NCBI GenBank assembly: GCA_965637545.1
Contig: OZ281496.1
Location: forward strand, 12,214,001-12,278,000
Direction: 5' to 3'
DNA from: Phallusia mammillata
Taxonomy: Eukaryota
Length of the DNA stretch: 64,000 nt
Part shown: in pieces, positions 48,397 to 60,654 of the stretch
How the letters are laid out: each line of letters starts with the position of its first letter
How positions within the stretch are numbered: the stretch's first letter is position 1
Program-made: the position numbers and the translations under genes
The notes under the pieces: model-generated
Database searches by the model: none
The model's input: the letters and a program-made list of their open reading frames with translations, nothing else
What the model was told of the DNA's origin: nothing

Positions 48397-49433
48397 TTAC
48401 TTGTAGAAAATGAGAAACAAACTTTTAATTAGCTGTTTGCTTACACTCCATTCTGTATGAGTGCCATATCCATTGTAGGACCATGTTGCGAAATCACCAC
48501 AGTACTTGTCAGCAATATTGTATCCTGTTGATCCAATACAGTTGTGCTCATTGTTCCACGGAGTTGTATGAACTTTAATCCCAGGACACAAAGCATAGGT
48601 CCATTCAACACCCGAAACTGGTCATAGACAACAAAACGTAAGTAGTTTGCGTTTGTGGCATAAAGGATTAACTTCTTACCTGAATGTATCCTGAGGTAAA
48701 ACATTTGGTCCAAACTGATTATCCAGAGCTGTTTCGTTGCCTTTGTCAAAAACAACATGTTCGGCAGGACCATTATCTCCTGGCCAGGTATATTGACGTG
48801 ACTAAGTTGCAGAGATTTCCATTGTAGTTGTTCAGAAAGTTGGACGTTGTTCGGTACCGAAAGTACGATAAAGCTTTCCAATCCTTTGGAGGTGTGCTAT
48901 TAGGAACCTTATAGGAACCAAATAATTACGTTTTTGCCCTCAATATCAAAATATCCAGGGTTTTTAAATCATCATCGGTAGACTCAACGACGTTTCCAAA
49001 AAATATAAGATTCACTTTTCGGCTGATATGCCGAGTTTCCATGTTTGTGGACCATCTGTCACCGGTTGTACACGCTCCATTTGGTTGTGCGTTGTTTTCG
49101 TGAACGGAAGCAACCTGGCTCCACCCGCCACTAACTGTCTCCATGTCACAATATGTCTGGTATTCAAATCCACTTGAATCTTGAAGTGAATATATGCCAC
49201 TGGTAGCGTTAGGTGAAGCTGCCTTGATGATTTGGCAGCTTCGGGGTTTTCCTTAAAAGATGGCAGTGACCAGTAATTACACGTAAACAAACAAATGAAC
49301 ACAGGAAATTACCTTGTACATTTGCTCCAACTTCATTCTCACAGTACGTTTTTTCTGTGACAAGTTTGCATTTTTGGCAGAGGGAAACTTGCACCAATGT
49401 GACAAATATCACGACGAATTTTGCAGCTTTCAT
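48397..49433 (-). pseudogene. ITLN: Intelectin (X-type lectin, fibrinogen-like) pseudogene, 3 exons
   Basis: Signal peptide MKAAKFVVIFVTLVQVSLC; PRSC...YQTYCDM...GGWSQVASVHENN...CTTGDRWS; KNPGYFDI; ALCPGIKV...EHNCIG...CGDF...GYGTH; GT-AG introns at 49252-49312 and 48618-48679; several frameshifts. Confidence 0.92.
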
Positions 49434-52339
49434 GTTTTGACAGTAGAATTAAGGTTTAAATACTGTGCAGATGAGAAATGTCCCAAAGGATAAACAACAA
49501 ATCGCAGCCCACGTTTGCAAAGTGAATTTACTAGCAAAGCATTCAGCTTTTTATGGCTCTATAAACGTGTACAACTGATGATGCGACCACCAGAAGTTTG
49601 ACACCGCCATCACGGTTGACATTTGTTTTCGTGTAATATTTAATGGTGCGGTAAAACCTAACACAAATAAGGAATAAGACATTTTGCACCAGACAATTTT
49701 GTAAAATTGAAATTGCGTTTTCGTCACAACCGAGGAATTTTAATTGACTTTGCTTGAAAAAGAAACTGTGTGCGTATGATGTTTGCCAAAATAAATTATA
49801 GAAGTGATGTTGGAATTTTTTGCAATTAGTGTGCACATTGCAGAAGATCGCAATTACAATGGTTTGTACTTCTGTTGGTCACGCGTACAGCCAAGTAGAC
49901 CACTGGTATGTCAGCGGTCTTTGGTCCAACTTACGTTATCCAAGTTAAGATAATCACAATCCACCGTTAACAACCGAGTTTTACCACGCTACCAAGTTCA
50001 TGTTGTTATGTGATTGCAGACGTTTGAGGGTTCCCGTCATACCGGAAGCAATTCACTTACTCGTTCGCAATAAGAGCTTTTGTTCTTTGCTTGTTAGTCT
50101 GGTATTAAATTAAAAGCACAATTTCACAGTCACAATGCAACAAACATATCTGTACTGAGGAAAATAATGGCACTAATAAACTTTAAACGCGACATGCTTT
50201 AATCAAACGCGACGCTTGTTTCGCACCTTTTTTCAATATTTTATGTAATTTAATTTTTATAAACGGATCTAACTGGTGTGGCCTCTTGTACCATAGATGA
50301 TAACATTAGCATTTGCAGCGACGTTTGCCTACTAAAAACACACATGAAAATTTAAGTCGATTTTGGTCGTTTTTTTTTCCTTTCGTGTGTAGTGTTCCAA
50401 ACATATCTTTAAATATACGTTTTTACATATTTGAGGAAGAAATGTTGCTTGGCCCGAAGACCTGTCGCGTTCCCAATTTTATTGAATACACGTCAGTCCT
50501 AAATATCCTCGTGTCCCTTTTGTCGACTACCCAGAAGCTGGCAGCACAAGCTTTTTCAGAGAAGATGATAAATATGCACACAGCCTCTTCTAATAGGACA
50601 TGTCCGAGTAAACAAAACAGGTCACTACGCCAACAATATTAGTGCCGTAAAAAGCAAAAAACTGAAATGAACAAAAAACAATCATTGAAATTTACCAATG
50701 AACGACGTGAGTATAGGGCAAACACATTCCGTGCAAAAGGCACGACTTTTGATTCGAAACCTTTGATTTAGTTCGCATCTTTAACGAATCTTTATTTTGG
50801 CAAACTCACTTTTGCCACCCAAATGGAGCCAGTGGTGTTACGAAAAACATACACTGTCCCATTCAGCCGAGGCAACTTTTTTGCGATTTTATTGTAATTT
50901 TACGTGGCCTAAAACATTTTTCCGGTGTTAAAAAATTAAATATTACCTCTGCTTCCTGGTTTCAAAGGTGAAATTCTACATTTACATCGCCGCACGTGCA
51001 TCACCATGTGTAACCGAACCGTCGAGCTGGTCGACAGTAGCGGGAATTTCGACCTGTACCAGTCTTCACGAAAGCCTGGTCAACTGCATCGGTGTCAGAT
51101 ACACTTGGACAACAGATTCCAGTAGACAACTAAAACTTTCAATATAAGCATACGGCCTGTGCATAATAATAAACAGCTTACATTCTGTTGCGTCGAAATT
51201 ACTCGGTGCAAAAGTAAATTCACAGCAGCTATATTGTGCAGCGAGTGGATATATTTTGACTGATACTTCAGCAGTTTGCAAGTTTGTGTATAAATACCAG
51301 AGAAAAAGAAGTGCGAACTGAAAGTGGTTGACGGCAGGCGTTTGCTATTGCGTATGGCAGCAGCAGAAACAGTTGTACCGACACTGAATGACATTAAGCA
51401 ACTTTTGACTTTCCTGTTTCAACTATGTTTTGAACTCTTGCTATTATACCCGACGGCCGTGCGTGGTACGTGTGCTATGTCATCACTACTTGTTTGTTTA
51501 AAGCAGCGAGTATGTACTAGGTTTCAAATTGTTGAACCAAACGACTTTAACTTCATTTTTAATAAGCTTGTCAGACTTTACAAAAGTACTAATTGAAATT
51601 GATTTGGGCATACTGCATGATGTAGTACTAGGAAATTTCTTTTGGTAAAACTAAAGGAAAAAAAAATTTGGTGGACTTGTGTACTTGATTCCAAACAGCT
51701 GACGTGAAAAACTTTTTGCCCTTTACTTGGTCAAGCCTTTTGCATGAAGATCCCTGATCCTATCCAAACTTGTCTCATCAAAGGGGAATGGTACAAAGTC
51801 TCTTGTGTCTAATGGATTAAACTTTTTAACTCTTCCAGATGAGGTCACTTACATTCTTTGGACCATTATGTCTTCCGGCACACTGCTTTCTTTTCGTTGA
51901 TTTTTTTTGCGTTTCATTCAAACCTTTTTTTCAAAAAAATTCCAGGTTTCTTTGTTTCGCTTCATAATGCTTATACAACTAAAACGGAAGTGTAAGAAAA
52001 TAAGTAGCTTGAAAATCGCAATTTTCATATCTGTAGTACGCAAAAATCGATGTGTATTTTGTTGGCATTGCAAACTTATACCAAGTTAACATGCTGATCG
52101 GTGTTAGCATATTGTTCCAAATTAATTTCAATTTAAGAGACTCCACAAAGCGGTAACGTTTATTGGACTACTATAGTCCCGGAACACAGCAGCGCTATAT
52201 ATTCCGTAACCGTTTTAAAATCACCCGTCAACGAAGTTATATTGAGAGCTTCAGCACCCTTACCCAGACTAACTACTAGGACCCAGAGGCATCGTTTGGC
52301 ACGACTTGAGTGCAGTTAATTTTATATTGAACGTTTGCA

Positions 52340-54330
52340 TAAAATGTCTCTTGTTGAGAGTTTTGTTGGTAGGATTGTTTCCAATCATGATTCTTTCATT
52401 GACGTTTGAAGGTGAGTGTTATACTTGTTTACACACATCAAAGTGCATCGTACTTGTCGGAATAGTTACATGTCACCTTGATGTAACTTAGTGCTACTTT
52501 AGAAAAGCGACATGATTTTTTACTCATTTAGCGTTAAGTTTCTTTTGTTTGCTGTGAAAAAAATTCAACGTATAATTTTGCAGCTCAACCCATTTCGCTT
52601 TTAACTGGGTGTCAGCAACTTACAGGATTTAGGCGATGTACAGGTATATGTGCACAATTCAACCTCACTTATTAGGCATACTTGTTGAATTAATGCTAAT
52701 GTGATACTTTGCTTACTTTGTAGAGTTGATTGGCTGAATGTCACTTGCCCTACCGGAACAAATATTATATTATCATCTACTGTTTATGGTCGAATACAAC
52801 ATTACTCGGGAGTACGTAGTAGAGTAACAACTAGGGAAATGTTAAAAACGATTTTATGCTAAATTTTTTTGTGAAAAATAGATGTATGTTACAATATGAA
52901 AAAAAGTGAGAATGTGTTCAATGTATGTAACTTTAATGTTTTCCTTTAGAGTCTGCAACAAAACATTGGACTATGCTACAGAAAATTTAAACTGTAACGG
53001 ATCTCAAGCAACCGAGATCATAAGAAATTGTCAAGACAAACCATACTGCCTAATTCCATCAAATTCTCATGATTCTAAGTTTGGAGATCCTTGTCCGATC
53101 GTAGAAAAATACATCCATATAAATATGACGTGCTAGATTTCAAACGAAGGTAATAAATGTTCTACTATTTGTTGCTGGTAATTTTTTTTTTTTGTAAAAA
53201 GGCTTTCAACCGAGAAGCCCAACGGGAATTAAAAACCAGCAATATTTAGGAATATTGAGTTAAAGTTTGCTTAAAATAGATCATTTGTTCAGCAAAACAA
53301 AATTTTGGTAGTTTTGTCTAAAAAGTTATCTTTAGAGGCGTTTAACTATCTTAAACTTAATGGAGGAGATGGATTGGCGAATATCAAAAACAAAATCGAG
53401 AGTATTGTGCAAAATCATCTAAAAACAAACGGAACCACCTACGACTATGCAAATGTTCTGCTGCACATCATTGTTGCCAACATGAGGCAAAATACATGCA
53501 AATGAGGCAAAATACAACTCAGTTTTTAAGAGGAGAATCATATCACATTAATTTTACATTCCAAACTGAAAATGTCAATCGAGTCGTTGCTGCTGTGTTA
53601 ATTTACAAGACAAACGCAACAGGTACCTCCCATTTTCAATTGTCCGACCCAAGTTTACGATACACGAGTACAAAAGGCACAACCTATATTGTCATTGCTG
53701 GCTGGGACTTCGATGGATTTCAACAAGCATTAAATGACACATTGGAAGGCAACAATAAACTGCCAGGAAAGGCAAATTTTTCTATGACAACGATGCCATC
53801 AGAATCGGTCTGCAATGTAATATAAAGGGAAACGAAAAACACAAGCAACCTTTTGGTCAGGAAACTGGAACCAATCTGCCTTTTCATCGACGTGGTTTCA
53901 AAGAAGTATTCAGACTTAGGTTGTAATACGATCGTAAATGAAAAAATGGGTGACGTCAATTGCAATTGGATGCAAATCACTGTTTTTACCGTTCTTTTGA
54001 CTGTGAGGACCATAATAATAGCCAAAGGTGTTAAGGTAACAATATTTGCGTGGTGTATATACCCTTTAAACAAATGTATACCTACGTTCTGTTTGCAGAT
54101 CACATCTTACGCAACGGAGGTAGCATCTATATGTTTTCTAATCGTCACCATTTTGATTCTCTGCAAGTACCAAAGAGTTCACGACAGAACTCCGGTTCAA
54201 GTCAGTATGTCAGCAGCTCTTCTGCTTCTTCACGCAGTCAATGTTACACACGACCTGGCCGTCTTACATGTGGTCTCTTGCATGTTTTTTGCTGTGACCG
54301 CGCATTATTTCTTGCTATGCGTGGGTAAGC
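52340..54330 (+). pseudogene. Adhesion GPCR pseudogene (SUEL/Gal-lectin plus GAIN/GPS plus TM1-3; latrophilin-like architecture)
   Basis: LNVTCPTG...STVYGR and NC...FGDPCPIVEKYI (SUEL); PICLF...SDLGC...VNCNWMQITVFTVLL (GPS-like); ITSYATEVASICFLIVTIL...CMFFAVTAHYFLL (family-2 7TM); stops at 53134-53136 and 53823-53825; 20-bp duplication near 53482-53516; 63-bp intron at 54036-54098; TM4-7 not found in the window. Confidence 0.82.
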
Positions 54331-54609
54331 ACGTATCCTTTAAGTGCATCTGTGCCGTTCACATTAAAACCATACAAAAAAAGGAAACGTTCTGAAAGGG
54401 GAAATGAATGTAGGTGTATGTAAAAAAATGTACACTTTCAGCAGTACTTTTCTTTCAGTACTTTCAGCAACATGTTATATGTTGTTTCAGAAAAACGTTT
54501 ACAACATGCTTTGCCGCAATACAGCAACCATAGAAGAAATCAGAGCAGCAAATACAGAGCAACAAAATGATGAGTTTACCAACGACGTGTTTAAATATGT
54601 TAGTGGTGC

Positions 54610-56620
54610 ATGAAAAGAAAATTCAGACTTTACAAAAAGACCGGTAGATAAAAACTGCCAAAAAAGGTGAAGACGCAAGCAAAAAGAGATGGGTCAGAAA
54701 CTTGTCGTCCAAGACTCTAACAGATGCGGAACATCGGGTGTTGGAAAAAGGCCACGGGTTTGCTATCGCCCCCCAAAAGGTTCCAGTCTTGGAAATGAAG
54801 ACTCGGCCACAACAACGCAGCTGCCGCAGATCGGATCGCACAGGTTCTGTCGAAATCCACGGCGACGAAACCCAATTTATCCCAGGAAGAAACACGCGCA
54901 CTAAGCAACCAACGAAAGGACGAGTCGATAACGATCTTAAAAGCGGACAAAGGAAACTGCACGGTGGTAATGGACAGACATACAGTACGAACAGAAGGCT
55001 CAATCGCTCTTCTTCCAAAATTTTACGGTTTGCCGAAGATTCACAAAGCTAATAACCGTTTACGACCTATTGTTTCATTCGTGAACTCGCCCACTTATAA
55101 TTTGGCAAAATTCCTAGCTGCCATAATCGCGCCTGTCGTCGCCGGTCTTTCCGATTATACAATCTGATTCGAACATTAAACCGGGCGAATGTCAAGTTTC
55201 CTTTGATGTTGTCAGTTTAATTAGATCCGTTTCTACTGATTTGGCGCTCTCGATCACCCTGGACAAACTCAAATACGACACAACACTACACGAACGCACC
55301 GGACTAGAACTTTCACACATAGGCACAGCATTACAGATTTGCCTTAACGCAACTGTTTTCACTTATAAAGATTGAATATACAAACATATCTTTGGCACAC
55401 CCATGTGCTCACCTATTTCAGCAATTTTGGCTAATCTCACCATGGAACACATCGAGCAAAAGGCACTTACGACTTTTCGCACACCGCCACGTCTGTGGCT
55501 TAGGTACGTGGATGACACATATGGCATTATCGACAGTAACATGGTCAACACATTTCACGCACACCTGAACAGCATATCACCAACAATAGCTTTCACCATG
55601 GATGGATGTGGCTGTCACCAGGCAACCAGACCAAAAGCTCACCTCCAACATTTACAAGAAACCCACGAACGCTGATCGATACCTAAATCACATCTCACCA
55701 TCCTCGGCACCAAAAGCTTACCGTCGCCAGAAAACTTTACAACAGAGCCAAGACACACATCAGGGATACGGCTATTCGCAAACACGAGTGCAAGAACATT
55801 GCAGGCGTGTTATGGAATAAAGACTTCCCGCGTAACGTACACACAGCTTGACACGTAACACAACAGACAGTTCAAATCGTTCACTTGCTTACCATACGTC
55901 CACGGTGTAGCTGAACGCCTAAAACGAATCCTGAACGACGCTGGGGTAAAAGTGGCGATGAAACCTTTTAAAACGATTGGACAGTTGCTACCAAAACCCA
56001 AAGATACCACTATACCACAACATCGTACAGGAGTTGTTTACCAGGTCCCTTGTCGTGATTGTAATTTGGTATACATTGGCCAAACTAAGCGAAATCTAAA
56101 TTCGCGCCTCAAGGAACACAAAGTAGCAGTCAAAAACATGGACGTCAACAAGTCCGCCTTATGCGAACATGTTTTGGAATGTGATCACCGCATTAATTGG
56201 AACGATGCCCAAATTTTGAAACAAGAACAGAATTGGTCAAAAAGATTGGTCTTCGAAAGTTGCCTCATAAATTCTAATTCAAATGTTTTAAATCGTAACG
56301 ATGGCAAAAGCCTGAGCTCAGTTTTCCGCGACATTTTGCGTGCGACTTCCCTGTCAAATATCGTGCATTAGTTACGCCCTGTCATTTTGGAGCGGACGCA
56401 ATCTCTTCACGGTAGCCTTTGCCTTAACGCAATTATTTTGTTTCGTCTCCCGCTGTGTTTGTACATTTTCGCCTCTTTGCCCGCTGTATTATTCATTCAT
56501 TGCTCTGAAGAAGCCCTACCGCTCTGGTGGGCGAAACGTCAGCGAAAATACAAGTTCTGGAAAACAAAAACTAGTATTTTGTTTAGCATTACACCAGTGG
56601 AACGAAGCAATTTATTAAAT
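54610..56620 (+). mobile_element. Decayed Penelope-like element (Penelope/Poseidon type; RT plus GIY-YIG)
   Basis: WVRNLSSKTLT...EKGHGFAIAP; FYGLPKIHK...LRPIVS; TPMCSPIS; WLRYVDDTY; TGVVYQVPCRDCNLVYIGQTKRNLNSRLKEH. Confidence 0.92.
56495..56548 (+). ncRNA. Minimal type I hammerhead ribozyme, 3' region of the Penelope-like element
   Basis: UGCU-CUGAAGA-A-GCCCUACC(GCUCU)GGUGGGC-GAA-ACGU-C-AGCG: intact core, 7-bp stem II with one bulge, palindromic ACGU stem III, GUC cleavage triplet ending at 56540. Confidence 0.85.
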
Positions 56621-56660
56621 ATGCAACCTGGTGAACGAAACGCCTGTTCAGTATTTTCTA

Positions 56661-57035
56661 TCATGCTTTTAACAAACAAAGTGTGATTTGTCTCCGAAAT
56701 TGCACATGGGACATTTTTTCTTGACTGATTTTGCAGTGTAGTCTCCATGCTGCTATCACAGATATATTGATTACATTTATAAACAGAGCCCAATACCACT
56801 TTTTACCCCGTATAGATGGACGGTAAGATTCTGCAAGTCTATCCATAAGATCGACACCTCCCATCCCTTTATTGTATGAGTGTATGAGATGTGGTTGTGG
56901 AACATGTTTTTCTCCTCCTTTTACTTGACGTCTTGCCTTGTGAAGTTGCTCATGATTTTCCCAGTTGCTTGCCAGCGATGAAGCTGTGAAGAACATTCTT
57001 GGGATCAGCCATGTGTAAACCAAACAACATTGCAA
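56661..57035 (-). mobile_element. piggyBac (PGBD2/3-like) transposase C-terminal fragment
   Basis: QPHLIHSYNKGMGGVDLMD...RGKKWYWALF...FRRQI. Confidence 0.88.
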
Positions 57036-57949
57036 AATGGTATTTCGAAGGAACGATGGTTTAATGCAGCGTTTCCCATCCTATGGGCCGCCTGTAAATT
57101 CTGTTGGGTCGCTTGTTTTTGTGGCATTAAAACCTACTACTCTTTGACTTCGTTTCGTAGCGTTATTTATTTGTTTCCCAAGGCTATAAATTGTTGCCCA
57201 ATTATAGTTTCATGACAATTTTGGGTAATAGTGATTAGTTCCGTTTGTGACGTCATAGTGATCACTGTTCAGCGTTGTCTGGCTGATAATGCTTTGAACC
57301 AGCTCCAAGTTGGTTGAAAGTTGAAACAAACGAATAGTATCTGTTTGATTTTTTAAACTGGCGCAGTAATTTCGAAAAGCTTTCCTTATTTACGAACAAA
57401 AATTCAACCCAAATAGTAAGAATGGATGTAGTGGGGTCGCGAGAAACCACAAACGAAATTTTAGGAAGTATTTGGGTCGCGACAAAAAATGGTTGGGAAC
57501 CACTGGTTTAATGCATAGTCCGGTATCTTTTAGTAGTAGTGTTTTTAAACGTTTTTCAGTTGTCAAAAGACTTACACAGATCTGTTTATAGGTTTAATGA
57601 CGAATATCATGGCCTAAATAAACGTAAAAATCGTCATGATTTGTGATTCAAACGTTTCGGCAAAAGCTCATGCCATCGTTAGTTATATGAGGTGTATATC
57701 GTTTAAATCCGTTTTGAGTCACTCAAAAGATTAAAAACAAGGGTCCGAAACAAGCCTCACGTAAAAACGATAGTTAGGGAACAGTTCACAACTTTCGCTC
57801 ACATTCTTTTACAGCCAACAGTGGTTGTAGGTTTTGCCACTGAACCACAAAAAGAACTAGAGTGTTTTCAGAATTTTATCACAGATAATATGTTGTGTAC
57901 ATAACCACTGCAAACAATGCACAGGCCGCCATTAAATTTGAAAACAAAG

Positions 57950-59095
57950 ATGTTATGCTGGGTGGAGGTATATTGAAAATAGGACTGATTGAATGGTCTG
58001 AATATATTCCGTTTTTTTTCTAAATGTATATTCTCAAGGCGCAGATTTGAACAAATACATTGGATGTTGCACCTGGAAGTTCCACAACCAACTACTGGTC
58101 CAACCACAAAAAGAAGCAAAGTAGAAAATCTGAAAAACCTTCAAGACAAATGTTTACAAAATTTTATTCCGGGTAGAAAAATAGCAGTTGATGAAAGTAC
58201 ACCTTCAAGACATACAATCCACAGAAGCCGACAAAGTGGGGTCTAAGGTTATATGTTTTGTCATATAGCTAAACAGGCCATATCTCTGCCTTTCAACCCT
58301 ATTTTGAAAGCCTTGTTGATCAGCAACTGCCACTCACTACAAGGATTGTTCTACACCTTGTTGATCAAGTTTTGGAAAAATCTCAAAGCAGTGGCCATCT
58401 GTACACTAGTACACAGATCGTTTTTACACAAGCACTACCTTGGCAGAGGACATTCAAAAAAGAAGTATACAGCTGACACCATACAAAGGGTAGGACTGCC
58501 TGTTGAATTGGAAAAAATGAAACTACAAAAACAAGCGAACAAAGCTTTTCGACATCCTGGCAGGATAAAAGACTGCAAAGCACATACCACAATGCTGACA
58601 CTGAGGAGCCTAAAAGATACGTAAAACAAGAACTCGTACAGAAATCAGTAGTGGACTTTGACTATGCTGCAAACATGAGTGCGTTGACCGTAGACCACTA
58701 CTGTGCTTCCTACTCGGAAGACGCTGAAATGGTGGCGAAAGCTCTCCTTTTGGATGTTGGATGAAGGAATTATCAATTCCTTTTTGCTATTCAAGAAAAT
58801 ACATGGAAGACCTGCCCGCCATATTCAGTTTTGAAAAAAAAAATGATAGTGCGGTTTGTCGGGGATGTCAGGAACAATGGAAAGAGAGGAAAATCCAGCA
58901 GTGCTGACCATGCTAAAAGTTCCCCATTTTATTAAAAAAGCTGAAAGAGGTCACAACAAGAATTGTCGTGTATGTTCCACCCTTAAAGAAAGAAAACTTT
59001 GTATTATTGTGAGACATGTGAACGAAAACCAGGTCTACATCCTGGACAGTGCTTCAAGAGGAATCAAACCCTTCAAAATTACAAACTCTAGCTGT
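57950..59095 (+). mobile_element. piggyBac (PGBD4-like) transposase relic
   Basis: FSRRRFEQIHWMLHL, IAVDES, KPTKWG, RKTLKWWRKL and a Cys-rich tail CRVCS...YCETCERKPGLHPGQCF. Confidence 0.82.
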
Positions 59096-59355
59096 TTACA
59101 TTGTTATGGTATTTTGTTCAATACAATTCAAGTTCTATTTTTTTGTGTTTCTATGTTTTATAAGTCAAAAGCATAGCTGAGAATACACACTGCATTTGCC
59201 AGCTGCGTACAAAATAAGCTCTTTTTTGGCCAATTAAATTTCAGAAATATTTGGACTTTAAGGATAAAAGATATCCAAACTTGTTTGAATACCTAAGGCT
59301 GTGAAAAAAAGCAAAAAAATAATTCCTTCCTTGATTGGCCGTTTATGGTCTAAAC

Positions 59356-59885
59356 CAGGGGTGTGCAACCCGCGGGCCACAATCCGGCCCGCCAAGCCGT
59401 TTAGTGTGGCCCTCAACAACACTTTGATTCAGAGCAAGTGAAAGTGCACATTTTGACAAAAAATCCAGTTTTTTTCGCTGGTTTTCGGAATTTCCTAAGT
59501 TGCTAGACGTAACAAGAATAAGCTAAACCAGCGCATGGAACTTAATTCACCCAGACCTTTGGTCTTCTATTGGCACTGGGTGCTTGTTGTGTATCTATAC
59601 CGAATGTGACGTAATATACCTCTTTGTGTAGTAAACAATTACTTTGTTGTGAAAGGCAGTGTTACTACGAAACTTACTTGTACCTAACATTTTAAAGTTG
59701 ATTTTAAACGCCAAATAAAACAAAACGCAGGGGTGTAGAAATAATATCGACATGATATTATAATGCAAGCCGCACCAACAGGAGGGGAAAAACGTGTAAA
59801 TATAGTACACAAAAAAATTGTGGCCCTCGCTTGATGTCCGAAATTGGTTATACGGCCCACCGACGAAAAAGGTTGCACGCCCCTG
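59356..59885. mobile_element. Non-autonomous hAT (Charlie-like) MITE, 530 bp
   Basis: TIR CAGGGGTGTGCAACC / GGTTGCACGCCCCTG; perfect 8-bp TSD GTCTAAAC at 59348-59355 and 59886-59893. Confidence 0.93.
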
Positions 59886-59889
59886 GTCT

Positions 59890-60500
59890 AAACTATGGGT
59901 AATAGTTGTTATGCTTGATGGACTGGCATACTTATATTGTAGTGTTGTCAAGTTTCGCGATATTGAGATAGCGGAACGTTGGTTCGAAGAAGAACAGCCT
60001 ATTATCAATACCCGGGCGGTCAACTTTCCCCGACAGCAGAGCTTCTCGGTAACAACACTACTGGCATATGGGACAATATGTAAGTATTTGACGTCTTTAT
60101 TAATTGTTCAAAATGAAACAAAATCTACCGACGTTTTTATCTTACAAAGCGTCAGCTGGAAGCGGTGAAAAGCCATCAAGCCAAATTGTATTACTTTCTG
60201 AATTGTTTTTGCGTTTGGCATTACCGCAACACTCGTTACTAAAAATATTTATTTTTTCTAGGCTAGAAACTTTTTCCCAATCCGTCCAAAGTGCTGACGC
60301 AATTGAATTGGATATTCGTAATTGGGAAAAACAAGCAATCTTTTCCGCCGTCTGCGGTTTGACTGATCCAATGTATCTCTAAACTTTTAATGACTAGACC
60401 TTTTTGACTATTTAGTTGCTCAAGGGAAATTGGTCGGTTTGCAATATTGTGATGGCGGTAACCTAATATTTTCTTCTCGACGACGAAATCACCTATAAAT
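59890..60500 (-). mobile_element. Possible MULE transposase relic
   Basis: KRLLVF, NTIWLDGF and IIGC...QRSAI...LQYKY in MULE-like order; heavily decayed. Confidence 0.4.
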
Positions 60501-60654
60501 AAAAAGATACAGTAAGCGGGAATCAACAAAACGTCCACATATAACAGAAGTTAGAGATCAACCCAAGAGTGCAACTTGCTCCCGATTCGCCAGTTTTTAT
60601 CACGCAGTCAAACTTGTGGGCAATCATCTTGTGAGCTCACACGCGAAGCACCAA

